From positions 768,001-832,000 of the forward strand of contig CP009479.1 of NCBI GenBank assembly GCA_000965745.1: a stretch of DNA of 64,000 nucleotides. Direction: 5' to 3'. The translations under genes were made by a program, and so were the position numbers. The stretch comes from an uncultured archaeon (GTDB lineage Archaea > Thermoplasmatota > Thermoplasmata > Thermoplasmatales > Thermoplasmataceae). Positions 9,444 through 18,501 of the stretch are shown piece after piece (the first letter of the stretch is position 1; each line of letters opens with the position of its first letter). The notes below the pieces were generated by a model that was not told where the DNA came from, searched no databases, and saw nothing but the letters and a program-made list of their open reading frames with translations.

Positions 9444-10931
9444 CTACTGCGGTTTGAGGTAACCGCACCTTTTTGCAAGGTAATCTGCCAGAATGTCTGC
9501 CATTGCGTAGATAGTCAGCGAAGGATTGGCGTCTATGATCGAGGGAAACACGCTGGCATCACAGGCAAAGAGCCTGCCCACGTCATGAGATTCAAGGTTT
9601 GAGTCCACAACAGATTTGTTCCGGTCTTCTCCCGCAGCACACGTTCCCTGTGGATGGTGTGATATGTATATTGCGCCGTATGTCTCTTCAGCACCTGCTG
9701 CGTAAAATGCCTCATCCACAAGTTTTCGTGCTCTTGAGAACTTGTCCCGGTCACTGCCGGTCACTGGTTTGTGGTACTTTACATTCCCGCCTTCATCAAT
9801 GAATATCCTGCCATCATTGTGATCGTGTATGGCAATAAGGACCCCTGCCATATTCTTGTAATGCTTGAGTGCATTGGTCAGCTCTTTCCCAATCATTGGC
9901 CTTGAATCATTGTCCAGAATCACCTCGGAAAAACCAAGAGGTCCATCCATGATTTCTGACATTTCAAGTATGAAACCGCCGTTCTTTTCGAGCGAGAATT
10001 CAGTTACGTGTGCAGATAAGGGATGAATAAGCCAGTTGTTCAATGTCTCTTTGAACTTGCCGAAGACGAAAGTATTGGTATTTACTGCCATGTTCTCCCC
10101 TATCCTCATTGAACTCCCAGAATAGTCCGCCAGCTCCCTTATTTTGGATTTTAGAAGTAGCTGCGGTGTCTGGAGGGCGCCGGCACTCACAATAACGATC
10201 TTAGCCGTGATCTGTTTGATCTCACCATTGTTGCTGTATTTTACGCCATACGCCTCTAATGGCTTTCCAGAGCTGCTCTTTCGAATAAGAACCTCTTCAA
10301 CAAAGGAGTTTTGGTATAGTGTAAGCCCGTCATAGATTCCCGGGATGATGTATGAAAGAAGGCTTCCTTTCTTTGACCCCGTGGGACATCCAAAGATGCA
10401 GCCATTGTGATCACAATTCTGGTCTATGTATGCATTCACTGCCTCGATTTCAATTCCAAGCTTTGAATACCCTTCCTTGAGCCTCTGCACTCCAAGGTCC
10501 CAGTCCGTGTATTTCCTTACTCCAGTCTCACCTTCGACTCTATCGTAGTGACTCTCGACATCCCTGTATGAAAAAGGCTCGGAATTTTCATTCTTCAATC
10601 CCGTGGCATTTGACCAGTCGTCGAAGTTCTCGTTTGGAGCCCTGTGCGCCACGGCGGTGAATATAGTTGTGCCTCCGCCAACTACTCTCCCTCCACCGAG
10701 ATTTATCTCATCAACACTTTTGCCCCCATTCAGCTCGAAGTTTGTTGTCCATTGTGGTTTCCACCAGAGTTTCCTTATGGCATCGAGTTCGAATCTGTTG
10801 AACTGGTCACTGTTGTACGCACTTCCAGTGTCAAGGAGCGCAACTTTTAGCCCTGCCTTTGTCAATTTATATGCGACAGATCCTCCGCCTGCGCCTGATC
10901 CAACAACAATTACATCATAATCATAACTCAA
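9444..10931 (-). CDS. GMC family FAD oxidoreductase (flavoprotein subunit)
   Basis: DVIVVGSGAGGG FAD motif, GGRVVGGGT, CxxxxCxxxCP, SAGALQTPQLL, HPQGTC and ANPSLTI catalytic His/Asn. Confidence 0.93.
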   Translation of the reverse strand: MSYDYDVIVVGSGAGGGSVAYKLTKAGLKVALLDTGSAYNSDQFNRFELDAIRKLWWKPQWTTNFELNGGKSVDEINLGGGRVVGGGTTIFTAVAHRAPNENFDDWSNATGLKNENSEPFSYRDVESHYDRVEGETGVRKYTDWDLGVQRLKEGYSKLGIEIEAVNAYIDQNCDHNGCIFGCPTGSKKGSLLSYIIPGIYDGLTLYQNSFVEEVLIRKSSSGKPLEAYGVKYSNNGEIKQITAKIVIVSAGALQTPQLLLKSKIRELADYSGSSMRIGENMAVNTNTFVFGKFKETLNNWLIHPLSAHVTEFSLEKNGGFILEMSEIMDGPLGFSEVILDNDSRPMIGKELTNALKHYKNMAGVLIAIHDHNDGRIFIDEGGNVKYHKPVTGSDRDKFSRARKLVDEAFYAAGAEETYGAIYISHHPQGTCAAGEDRNKSVVDSNLESHDVGRLFACDASVFPSIIDANPSLTIYAMADILADYLAKRCGYLKPQ

Positions 10932-10946
10932 GGCAACATCACACTC

Positions 10947-11450
10947 CTACACCTTTTCCTTACTATCTGAGTAAATTCTTAGAAAGCTCCAGTCCTTGTC
11001 CAATTCAGATATCCTCGGCCCACCGAACTCAAGGAGTTTCCAGGCAGTAACCCCGTTATAATCAGGGTCATGGTAGTCTGAGTAGAAGCCTTCAAGGCAC
11101 AATGACCTGAGAAATATATAGGCATCCTTGGTCTTTCCGCGGTCAAATAGCCCATTAAGCAGAAGATGTTTCTTTTCTGCGGAGAGCTCCCTGAAATCCA
11201 CAGCCCCTTGACGCCTTGTCTCTGATCTTATCGCGGAAAGAACATCTCGCAGCATTTTCATCTCTGCATCTTCAGCGTCAAGCAGAACGGAATCTATGTA
11301 ATTTATCGTTCCGACTTCCCTGGAGCCAGGCTCTTCATCCGGGTTGTCTCCTGATGGAACAATGGCTTCGGCAATATCAGAAATTAATTCATAATCTTCC
11401 TTATTAAGCAGAAATGGTGCCCCATCTTTATTTTCTTTCATTGTAACCAT
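10947..11450 (-). CDS. Gluconate-2-dehydrogenase subunit-3-like small subunit
   Basis: IAEAIVP....PGSREVG..NYID, F.ELS.EK, LEGFYSD, W..L.FGGP pattern; directly upstream of the GMC gene; ATG 11450 (ORF to 11459). Confidence 0.85.
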   Translation of the reverse strand: MVTMKENKDGAPFLLNKEDYELISDIAEAIVPSGDNPDEEPGSREVGTINYIDSVLLDAEDAEMKMLRDVLSAIRSETRRQGAVDFRELSAEKKHLLLNGLFDRGKTKDAYIFLRSLCLEGFYSDYHDPDYNGVTAWKLLEFGGPRISELDKDWSFLRIYSDSKEKV

Positions 11451-11643
11451 GCGTGGCACGAAGTTTCGAAATATATATTTTTCTATTCCACAGTTTAGTA
11501 GATGATAAATGTATATATCTGATAAGATATTAGCTTCATTATAGTCATGCGCACTATGTCAGTGTGATAAAGATGAGCGGTAAGCATATTGATTCACAAA
11601 TAAAATTAGAAAGTCCAATTGCCCCACTACATGGAGGCACAAG

Positions 11644-12663
11644 ATGAAAGCTGCGCAACTTGTATCTTATAGAAAACCTCTGGAGATTAGGGAAGTAGAT
11701 ACACCAGAACCGTCAGGAGAACAGGTTCTGGTAAGGATTGCAGGTGCAGGTGTATGCCACAGTGATCTTCATCTCATCGAAGGAATGTTTCCACTTCCGT
11801 TCCTCCCACTCACTCTGGGCCATGAAAATACCGGGTATGTCGAGAATATCGGAAGCAGAGTAACCGGATTCGAACAGGGCGCTCCAGTCGCCGTTTACGG
11901 CGCTTGGAACAGGAGAAGTGATCGGTTCAGCTGGAAAGGTGAAGGCAATCTTTCCAACGTCAACGACTGGGTTGGAGTAGGGCATAATGGCGGTTACGCT
12001 GAGTATCTGCTGGTTCCCACCTACAAATATCTGCTTCCCCTTAACGAGATAGATCCTGTCCGCGCGACGCCTCTAGTTGACGCTGGTCTCACTTCATACA
12101 GGGCTATTAACAAGCTCAGATCAAATGTCTACCCCGGGAGCACCGTAGTGTTAATAGGGATAGGCGGGCAAGGGCAGTATGCAGTGCAATATTCAAAGCT
12201 GATGCTGCCTCAGGTGAAAACAGTGGCAATTGACATAGACGACAGCAAACTTGCAGCAGCCAGGAAACTGGGGGCAGACGAGATTATAAACAGCGCTTGC
12301 GACAACCCGCTGAAGATCATCAAGGATATTACCAACGACGAAGGATGCCAGGGAGTGGTAGATTTCGTCGGGTCCTCGGAAACAATGAATATGGCCTACT
12401 CACTTCTCGGGAGACAGGGGAAGATGGTAATAGTCGGCTTGAATGGGGGGAAACTGGAGATTGTGCCTGACATGTTGGTCAATGAAGCCGAAGTTACAAC
12501 CAGCAACTGGGGGACCATGCTCGAGTTGAGTGAAGTAATATCTCTTGCAGAAAGCGGAAAACTGAAAATCCAGTTTGAAAAAATGGGACTGGACAGTGTG
12601 AATGAAGCTCTTGAAAAACTTTCCTCCGGCTCGGTGAATGGCAGGATGATACTTACTCCGTGA
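11644..12663 (+). CDS. Zn-dependent alcohol dehydrogenase (MDR) lacking the structural Zn cysteines
   Basis: GVCHSDLH, GHE, LVDAGLT, GIGGQG; GGAGG RBS; usual 4-Cys loop replaced by WNRRSDRFSWKGEGNLS. Confidence 0.92.
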   Translation: MKAAQLVSYRKPLEIREVDTPEPSGEQVLVRIAGAGVCHSDLHLIEGMFPLPFLPLTLGHENTGYVENIGSRVTGFEQGAPVAVYGAWNRRSDRFSWKGEGNLSNVNDWVGVGHNGGYAEYLLVPTYKYLLPLNEIDPVRATPLVDAGLTSYRAINKLRSNVYPGSTVVLIGIGGQGQYAVQYSKLMLPQVKTVAIDIDDSKLAAARKLGADEIINSACDNPLKIIKDITNDEGCQGVVDFVGSSETMNMAYSLLGRQGKMVIVGLNGGKLEIVPDMLVNEAEVTTSNWGTMLELSEVISLAESGKLKIQFEKMGLDSVNEALEKLSSGSVNGRMILTP

Positions 12664-12685
12664 TAAAGCATTAGCTATTGCTTTA
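12664..12685. repeat. 22-bp near-perfect palindrome between adh2 and the APC permease
   Basis: TAAAGCA-T-TAGCTA-T-TGCTTTA, one mismatched pair. Confidence 0.5.
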
Positions 12686-12891
12686 CACAGTCCAAAAACT
12701 CCCATTTTTATAGGCCGCATTGCGCATAGGAGCTTGTGAACCTGCACCTCTCTGTACTAATCTTATTGTTACTATATCGAAAAGGACGTTCTGCAGTAAG
12801 TAAAAGCTTTGCGATCCTCCAATATTAGTGTTTCAGAGAACAAAATTCCCTAATAACAAAACTTAAATATTTAATTGAAGTAGAATAGGTA

Positions 12892-14328
12892 ATGGTTAAC
12901 ACGTCACTAACTAAATCCACAGTTGGCATGCCTTTTCTCCTGGCACAAAGCATAGCCAGTGTGGCACCGATGGGAGCGGCTCTGGGAACATTGCTGGGAA
13001 CAGCTGCTTATGCGGGTGCAGCATTCCCTCTGTCAATGATTGTAGGGTTGCTGATAACTCTGTTATGGGTAAACACACCGTATCAGTTCTCAAAGAAGAT
13101 TGTAGGGGCAGGTGGATTCTATCATTTTGCAAGCGAAGGCGTATCGCCTACCTTTGGATCTTTCGACGGATGGTACTACATCGCCAATTATGTGATGTTC
13201 ATAGCACCAGGCGGACTACTTATATTCGGTGTAGTACTGCCGGGCATACTGCCAATACTAGGGATAACCTGGTATCCAACCATTCTCTGGATTCCTCTGA
13301 GTATAGTATTCATAATAATTGCATCGGCGCTCGCCTATTACGGAATCAAGCCTTCACTGAAATTCAGCCTGGTTGCTTCAATATTGGAAATAGGATTCCT
13401 TCTTATTCTGAGCATAGTCATAATAACGTCAAGCCATACAACCAACACTCTTGCGGTATACTCTCCAGTTCTTTCCCCAGACGGTTTCAGTGGAATATTC
13501 CTGGGAGCAATATTTGCCCTTACTGCTGTGGGCGGGGTCAGCTCTGCGGTTTATCTAGGGGAAGAAGCAAGAGCTCCATTGAAGAACGTGAAGATAGCAG
13601 TGATAGTGGCCTATCTTGTTAATGCACTCACCTTTGTACTGTTCTCATATGCAGCCACAGTTGGTTGGGGAATAAGCAACATGGGTGCATTTGCAAACTC
13701 AGGCGTGCCTGGAATTATCCTGGCCCAGCAGTATATGGGGGAAGCAGGATTGATCATAATCAGCCTGCTTATTGTCAACAGTGTTTTTGCAGCAATACTC
13801 GCACCTATAAACGCAACATCTCGCCTTATACATTCGATGGCCAGGGACAAAGTTCTCCCTGAATGGCTCTCTGTTCTGCATCCAAAGAGGAACACTCCGT
13901 CAAGGCCGATACTTATCCTGGGGGTGGCAGCTATTTTCATCTCAACCGTATTGGGACTTATAATGGGACCACTTAATGCGTTCATATTCATATTCCTGCT
14001 GGCGGGTACATCTGCCCTCGTAGCACATGTAATGGGTTCAGCCGCACTTCCAAAATTCTATTCAAAAATAAAGGCACTGAATCCGCTTTATCATGTTATT
14101 GGACCCATACTTTTCATAATTTCAGCGATAGGGATAGGATACAGTCTCTTTGTTCCATTTGTCTTTCCAGTGTACTATGCTCCTCTGTTCATAATAGCCT
14201 GGTCTCTTTTCGGAGGCCTGATATTCTTCAGCGCGAGAAAGAGGCTATCCACCTGGAATGAAGTCGGCAAGTCAAAATGGACAGAGACACCGGAAGTGCC
14301 CATTATACCAGAACCTGAAGAAGAGTGA
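12892..14328 (+). CDS. APC family amino acid/amine permease
   Basis: About 12 TM helices; AGGFYHF, YLGEEARAP, SRLIHSMARDKVLPEWL..LHPKRNTP signatures. Confidence 0.92.
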   Translation: MVNTSLTKSTVGMPFLLAQSIASVAPMGAALGTLLGTAAYAGAAFPLSMIVGLLITLLWVNTPYQFSKKIVGAGGFYHFASEGVSPTFGSFDGWYYIANYVMFIAPGGLLIFGVVLPGILPILGITWYPTILWIPLSIVFIIIASALAYYGIKPSLKFSLVASILEIGFLLILSIVIITSSHTTNTLAVYSPVLSPDGFSGIFLGAIFALTAVGGVSSAVYLGEEARAPLKNVKIAVIVAYLVNALTFVLFSYAATVGWGISNMGAFANSGVPGIILAQQYMGEAGLIIISLLIVNSVFAAILAPINATSRLIHSMARDKVLPEWLSVLHPKRNTPSRPILILGVAAIFISTVLGLIMGPLNAFIFIFLLAGTSALVAHVMGSAALPKFYSKIKALNPLYHVIGPILFIISAIGIGYSLFVPFVFPVYYAPLFIIAWSLFGGLIFFSARKRLSTWNEVGKSKWTETPEVPIIPEPEEE

Positions 14329-14465
14329 ATACAAACATTCTTTTTCACCATATATTTTTATTCACGCCCCATGGTTTTCCACCTTTTTTGAATGGCCACC
14401 CAATCCAGCTTAAGGATTATTTACGATAACAATATCTCACCATAGTAAAGAGGTGAAACAGGTAA

Positions 14466-15089
14466 TTGCCCATTCTTGAAGATGTTACAAGGCTAATGAA
14501 TTCCGATATCTCAAGGATAATCGACTCTAAGGCAAATGAGTTTCAGGAAATGGGGAAAAGGGGAAAGGAAGAGATATTCGGCGAGCTGTGCTTCTGCCTG
14601 CTGACAGCCAACACCTCGGCTGAAATGGGGATAAGGACGCAGAACCTCATTGGGCTGGAAGGATTCATAACCTACGACCAGAACTTTCTCAGTGAGGAAC
14701 TCAAGAGGATAAAATACAGATTCTACAATGTGAGGAGCAATTTTATAGTGCAAGCAAGGTGGATCATCGATGAACTGCCCGGTCTTCTCAGATCAAACAA
14801 AAGAGACGAAGTCAGGGAATATCTTGTTGAGAACGTAAAGGGAATCGGATACAAAGAGGCCTCACATTTTCTGAGGAATGTCGGAATCTTCAATTTTGCA
14901 ATACTCGACAAGCACATCATGCGAATGCTGTCTGAGGAGTATAAGTTCCAGGTGCCCAAGGCAGTTCTGAGGAAGGACTATTACAAGAACGAGAAGATAG
15001 TTGCGGCCCTTTCAGAAAAGGTGAGCCTTGAGCCAGGGATATTCGACCTTTACATGTGGAAAATTGCGACTGGAAAGATAATCAAGTAA
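14466..15089 (+). CDS. ogg: 8-oxoguanine N-glycosylase/DNA lyase (Ogg2 type)
   Basis: ELCFCLLTAN, HhH VKGIGYKEASHFLRNVG, ILDKH, C-terminal GKIIK. Confidence 0.93.
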   Translation: MPILEDVTRLMNSDISRIIDSKANEFQEMGKRGKEEIFGELCFCLLTANTSAEMGIRTQNLIGLEGFITYDQNFLSEELKRIKYRFYNVRSNFIVQARWIIDELPGLLRSNKRDEVREYLVENVKGIGYKEASHFLRNVGIFNFAILDKHIMRMLSEEYKFQVPKAVLRKDYYKNEKIVAALSEKVSLEPGIFDLYMWKIATGKIIK

Positions 15090-15138
15090 TTGTCTCTGTA
15101 CATACGGCAACCTTTTTTCAAACAGTGGCACTTTCATC

Positions 15139-16542
15139 ATGATGATGGACTACCTGGATGTGAAGAGAGACGATATCAACTATATGCATCTCTACGGGGA
15201 CGCGACTAAGCTCATGGAAAATGCGGCCAGGCAGTTGAGCGACTTTGTTAGAAAGACATTCGTCCCAGGGTCCAGGATATGTGCAGTCTGCGGCACAGGA
15301 AATAATGCAGGTGACGGGATAGCAGCACTCGAAAACCTCAGAGGTGATTATGATGTGTCAGCAGTACTTGTGAAGGGCAAAGGGTCGCTAAAGACGGACG
15401 AGGCAAAGTGGGCAATCAAGAGATACAAGGGCAGGGTTTCAGGCATAAGATCGCTCAAGCAGGAGCTTGCAGGCTCAGACATCATTCTTGACTGCATGTT
15501 TGGTGTAGGGATATCGGGAGAGCCCAGGGAGCCCTATGCCAAAGCTATTGAGCAAATCAACAAATCAGGAAAAAAGATTGTATCTATTGACGTCCCATCC
15601 GGCCTTGGGACAAAAAGATCTGTAATGCCGGATTACACGGTAACCTTCACCGACGTTAAAAAAGGAATGGCACCTGAAAACAGTGGGGACATAACTGTAT
15701 GCGACATAGGCATCCCTGAATCCGTGAGGAAATATGCAGGTCCGGGAGACATGGTTTACTACACCAGGCCCGACCCCTCATCACACAAAGGCATGAACGG
15801 ATCACTTTCAATAATTGGTGGCTGGGAATACTACGGCTCCTCAGTTATAGCGGCCCTTGGGGCGAATGCCATGGCCATAGACCTGGTCAAGATTTACACG
15901 ACTCCGCTGAATTATGAAATAATTGCGACTTACAGCCCTTTCATAATCGTTAGAAATATTGCGAAGCTTGGAAATAATTGGAAAGAGGACGCCCTTAGAG
16001 GTACTGCGCTGCTTATAGGGCCGGGGCTGGGCATTTCGGATGAAGCACAGAAAGATGTAAAGCAGATGTTAGGAAAAGCCAAGATGCCGATAATAGTGGA
16101 TGCTGACGGCATCAAGCTCATGTCGGATAAAATTTCATGGACAAGGGGCAGGAACATGATATTCACACCCCATCGAAGGGAATTCGAGATCCTCACAGGC
16201 TTGGATGCAAACGAGGAAAATGCAGTAAAGTTTGCAGAAAAGCACTCGGTGGTCATCGTGCTGAAAGGGGTCAGGGACATAGTTACAGACGGTTCCAGGA
16301 CAATATACGTTGAAGGTGGTAACGTAAGAATGACGATGGGTGGAACGGGAGATCTGCTGGCTGGCCTTATTTCTGCAATGGCTTCCAGGAACATTGACCC
16401 CTTCCGATCGGCCGTTATGGGCGCCTACATAAACAAGAAAATTGCAGAACGTGCTTTTTCTTCCAAATCGTACTGGTACAGCATCGATGACATGATTGAT
16501 GCAGTACCCGGATTCATGAAAGAATCAGCCAACTGGGCTTGA
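15139..16542 (+). CDS. nnr: Bifunctional NAD(P)H-hydrate epimerase/dehydratase
   Basis: GTGNNAGDG, DVPSG (YjeF_N); SHKG, IGPGLG, DADG, TPH, GGTGDLLAG (YjeF_C). Confidence 0.93.
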   Translation: MMMDYLDVKRDDINYMHLYGDATKLMENAARQLSDFVRKTFVPGSRICAVCGTGNNAGDGIAALENLRGDYDVSAVLVKGKGSLKTDEAKWAIKRYKGRVSGIRSLKQELAGSDIILDCMFGVGISGEPREPYAKAIEQINKSGKKIVSIDVPSGLGTKRSVMPDYTVTFTDVKKGMAPENSGDITVCDIGIPESVRKYAGPGDMVYYTRPDPSSHKGMNGSLSIIGGWEYYGSSVIAALGANAMAIDLVKIYTTPLNYEIIATYSPFIIVRNIAKLGNNWKEDALRGTALLIGPGLGISDEAQKDVKQMLGKAKMPIIVDADGIKLMSDKISWTRGRNMIFTPHRREFEILTGLDANEENAVKFAEKHSVVIVLKGVRDIVTDGSRTIYVEGGNVRMTMGGTGDLLAGLISAMASRNIDPFRSAVMGAYINKKIAERAFSSKSYWYSIDDMIDAVPGFMKESANWA

Positions 16543-16611
16543 ACCATCCTATGGCGAATCAAATTTCACATTCCCGAAAAACTTTATTATCGCATTGCGA
16601 GTTCGTAATCC

Positions 16612-18279
16612 GTGCCGGAAAAGTCAAAGGATCAGTCTTCCCGCGAATCAGCTATGGATTCAGGAATCGCTGCAGATACAAAGTCACTGTACTCAATGCT
16701 GAAAGAAACAGCAGAAAAGAACAGAAGCATGCCGGCTTTTATATTCTGGAAACGCAGATTTACATACGATGCACTTCTTAAAATGGTTGACTCACTCGCT
16801 GAATCCCTTCGGTCAAGGTTCTCCATACCTAAGGGTGCAAGGTTGGGGTTGCTCTTGCCAAATTCCCCTCCGCTTGTTGTATCGCTCTATGCAATCTCAA
16901 AGATTTCTGCAGTGGGCGTCCCAATAAATCCAAAGAGCAGCCTGAGAGAAATAGAGAATGTTGTTAGGCACAGTGGAATGCGCTGCCTGATCACCACGGA
17001 TACCAACCTGGAGAAAGTTAAGGGCCTGGCATCAGAGGACTTGATAATAATAGTCGCAAGGATGCAGGACTTCATTTCATTCGGGTCTGCCATCCGTCGT
17101 TCATTCCGCCATGGCCTCAAATACCTCGATCAGGAAGAGCTCAGTGAAGGTGTGGCCAAATTTTCCGACCTCATATACACGGGAGATAACGGGGCAGAAG
17201 AAGACTACTCCCCTTCGGAAGTTGCTCTGCTTGCCTACTCGGGAAGCACATCACTGTCGCCTAAGGCGGCCAGCCTGACCCACAACAATCTTTACGTTAA
17301 CATCAAGAACCTTGCAGAGTGGTTTCCGAAAATAGAGAGAAGGACGATTACGATAGCTGCGGTACCGTTCCACCATATGTTCAGCCTTCTGATTGCATTG
17401 CTTGTACCAATTTCATCAGGCTCAACAATAGTTCTCATCGAAGACTACCGGAACGTAGATGATATTCTGAATTCAATAACAGAGTATCTGTGCGACTACT
17501 TTGTAGGGAACCCCTCTGTATTCAAGGAACTGCTGGAAAGAAAGGACCTCCTGAAATACAGGATAGGGACTGTCAAGGTCTTCATAGCCGGTGGGGACAC
17601 GGTAACTGAGGAGTTTGCCAGGCATTTCGAGGAAATCACAGGGTCCAGCATTGTAACAACATACGGGACCAAGGAGGTCACCGGAGTCTCGCACATTAAC
17701 CCGCTTGACAAGAGAAGGAGAAAATACAGCTCAATAGGAAGGCTGGTAAATAACACAGAAGCCAGGATAGTTGACGATGAGACCGGGGAGGAAGCAGCGG
17801 AAGGTTCAGTTGGCCTTCTCTGGATTAGAGGGCCTCAAGTGATGAAGGAATATTGGAAGAACAAAGAAGCGACAGAGGAGGTTCTGAAGGATGGGTGGTT
17901 CCTGACAGGCGATATGGCACGCATCGACTCGGACGGCTTCTATTTCCTGTATCAGAGAAAAAGGGAGGCGATTGTGTCAGACAGTTCAATGGTTTATGCG
18001 GTGGAAGTGGAGGAAGTCCTGAAGCAGAACCCAAGCGTGGACGAAGTAGCGGTTATAGGGCTTCCGGATGAAAAGCGCGGTGAAATCATAAAGGCATACA
18101 TTATCGCGAAAGAAGGCGAGAAGATTTCAGAAAAGGAGCTGAGAGAGCTATGCGACTCACAGCTTTCAGAGTACAAGAGGCCAACCATTTATGAATTCAG
18201 GTCTGAACTTCCAAAGAACATGGAAGGCCAGGTGATAAAGAGAATTCTGAGGGAGGAATCCCTCAAGGAAGGAGAATAA
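16612..18279 (+). CDS. Long-chain acyl-CoA ligase-like (AMP-binding) protein with degenerate catalytic motifs
   Basis: ANL fold markers (RGPQVMKEYW, GWFLTGD, EVAVIG.PD..RGE) but P-loop YSGSTSLSPK and A10 GQVIKR. Confidence 0.85.
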   Translation: MPEKSKDQSSRESAMDSGIAADTKSLYSMLKETAEKNRSMPAFIFWKRRFTYDALLKMVDSLAESLRSRFSIPKGARLGLLLPNSPPLVVSLYAISKISAVGVPINPKSSLREIENVVRHSGMRCLITTDTNLEKVKGLASEDLIIIVARMQDFISFGSAIRRSFRHGLKYLDQEELSEGVAKFSDLIYTGDNGAEEDYSPSEVALLAYSGSTSLSPKAASLTHNNLYVNIKNLAEWFPKIERRTITIAAVPFHHMFSLLIALLVPISSGSTIVLIEDYRNVDDILNSITEYLCDYFVGNPSVFKELLERKDLLKYRIGTVKVFIAGGDTVTEEFARHFEEITGSSIVTTYGTKEVTGVSHINPLDKRRRKYSSIGRLVNNTEARIVDDETGEEAAEGSVGLLWIRGPQVMKEYWKNKEATEEVLKDGWFLTGDMARIDSDGFYFLYQRKREAIVSDSSMVYAVEVEEVLKQNPSVDEVAVIGLPDEKRGEIIKAYIIAKEGEKISEKELRELCDSQLSEYKRPTIYEFRSELPKNMEGQVIKRILREESLKEGE

Positions 18280-18501
18280 CTTCTCCAGACTCTATTTCCC
18301 AAGTGGCGGGTGAAATGTGCGCATAAACCATGCGGAATATCAATCGTCAATGATCGTTTTCCGGCAATTACAATCCATAAATATTACTCTCTGAAACTTC
18401 GCCAGAAATTAATCCTTTTTAAATGAAGCCTTATATTTCGCGGATGCGTTATAAATATATATTAACGATTTTGGCATTACCATACCGAAGGTGTTATTAT
18501 T

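Noticed and set aside
11469-11480. AT palindromes AAATATATATTT (and TTAAATATTTAA at 12863-12874)
   Set aside because: Adequately explained as TATA boxes at the expected distance from the start codons
7781-14404. CCACCAAT / CCACCCAAT as direct repeats flanking the redox cluster
   Set aside because: Short and imperfect; no integrase, transposase or tRNA nearby
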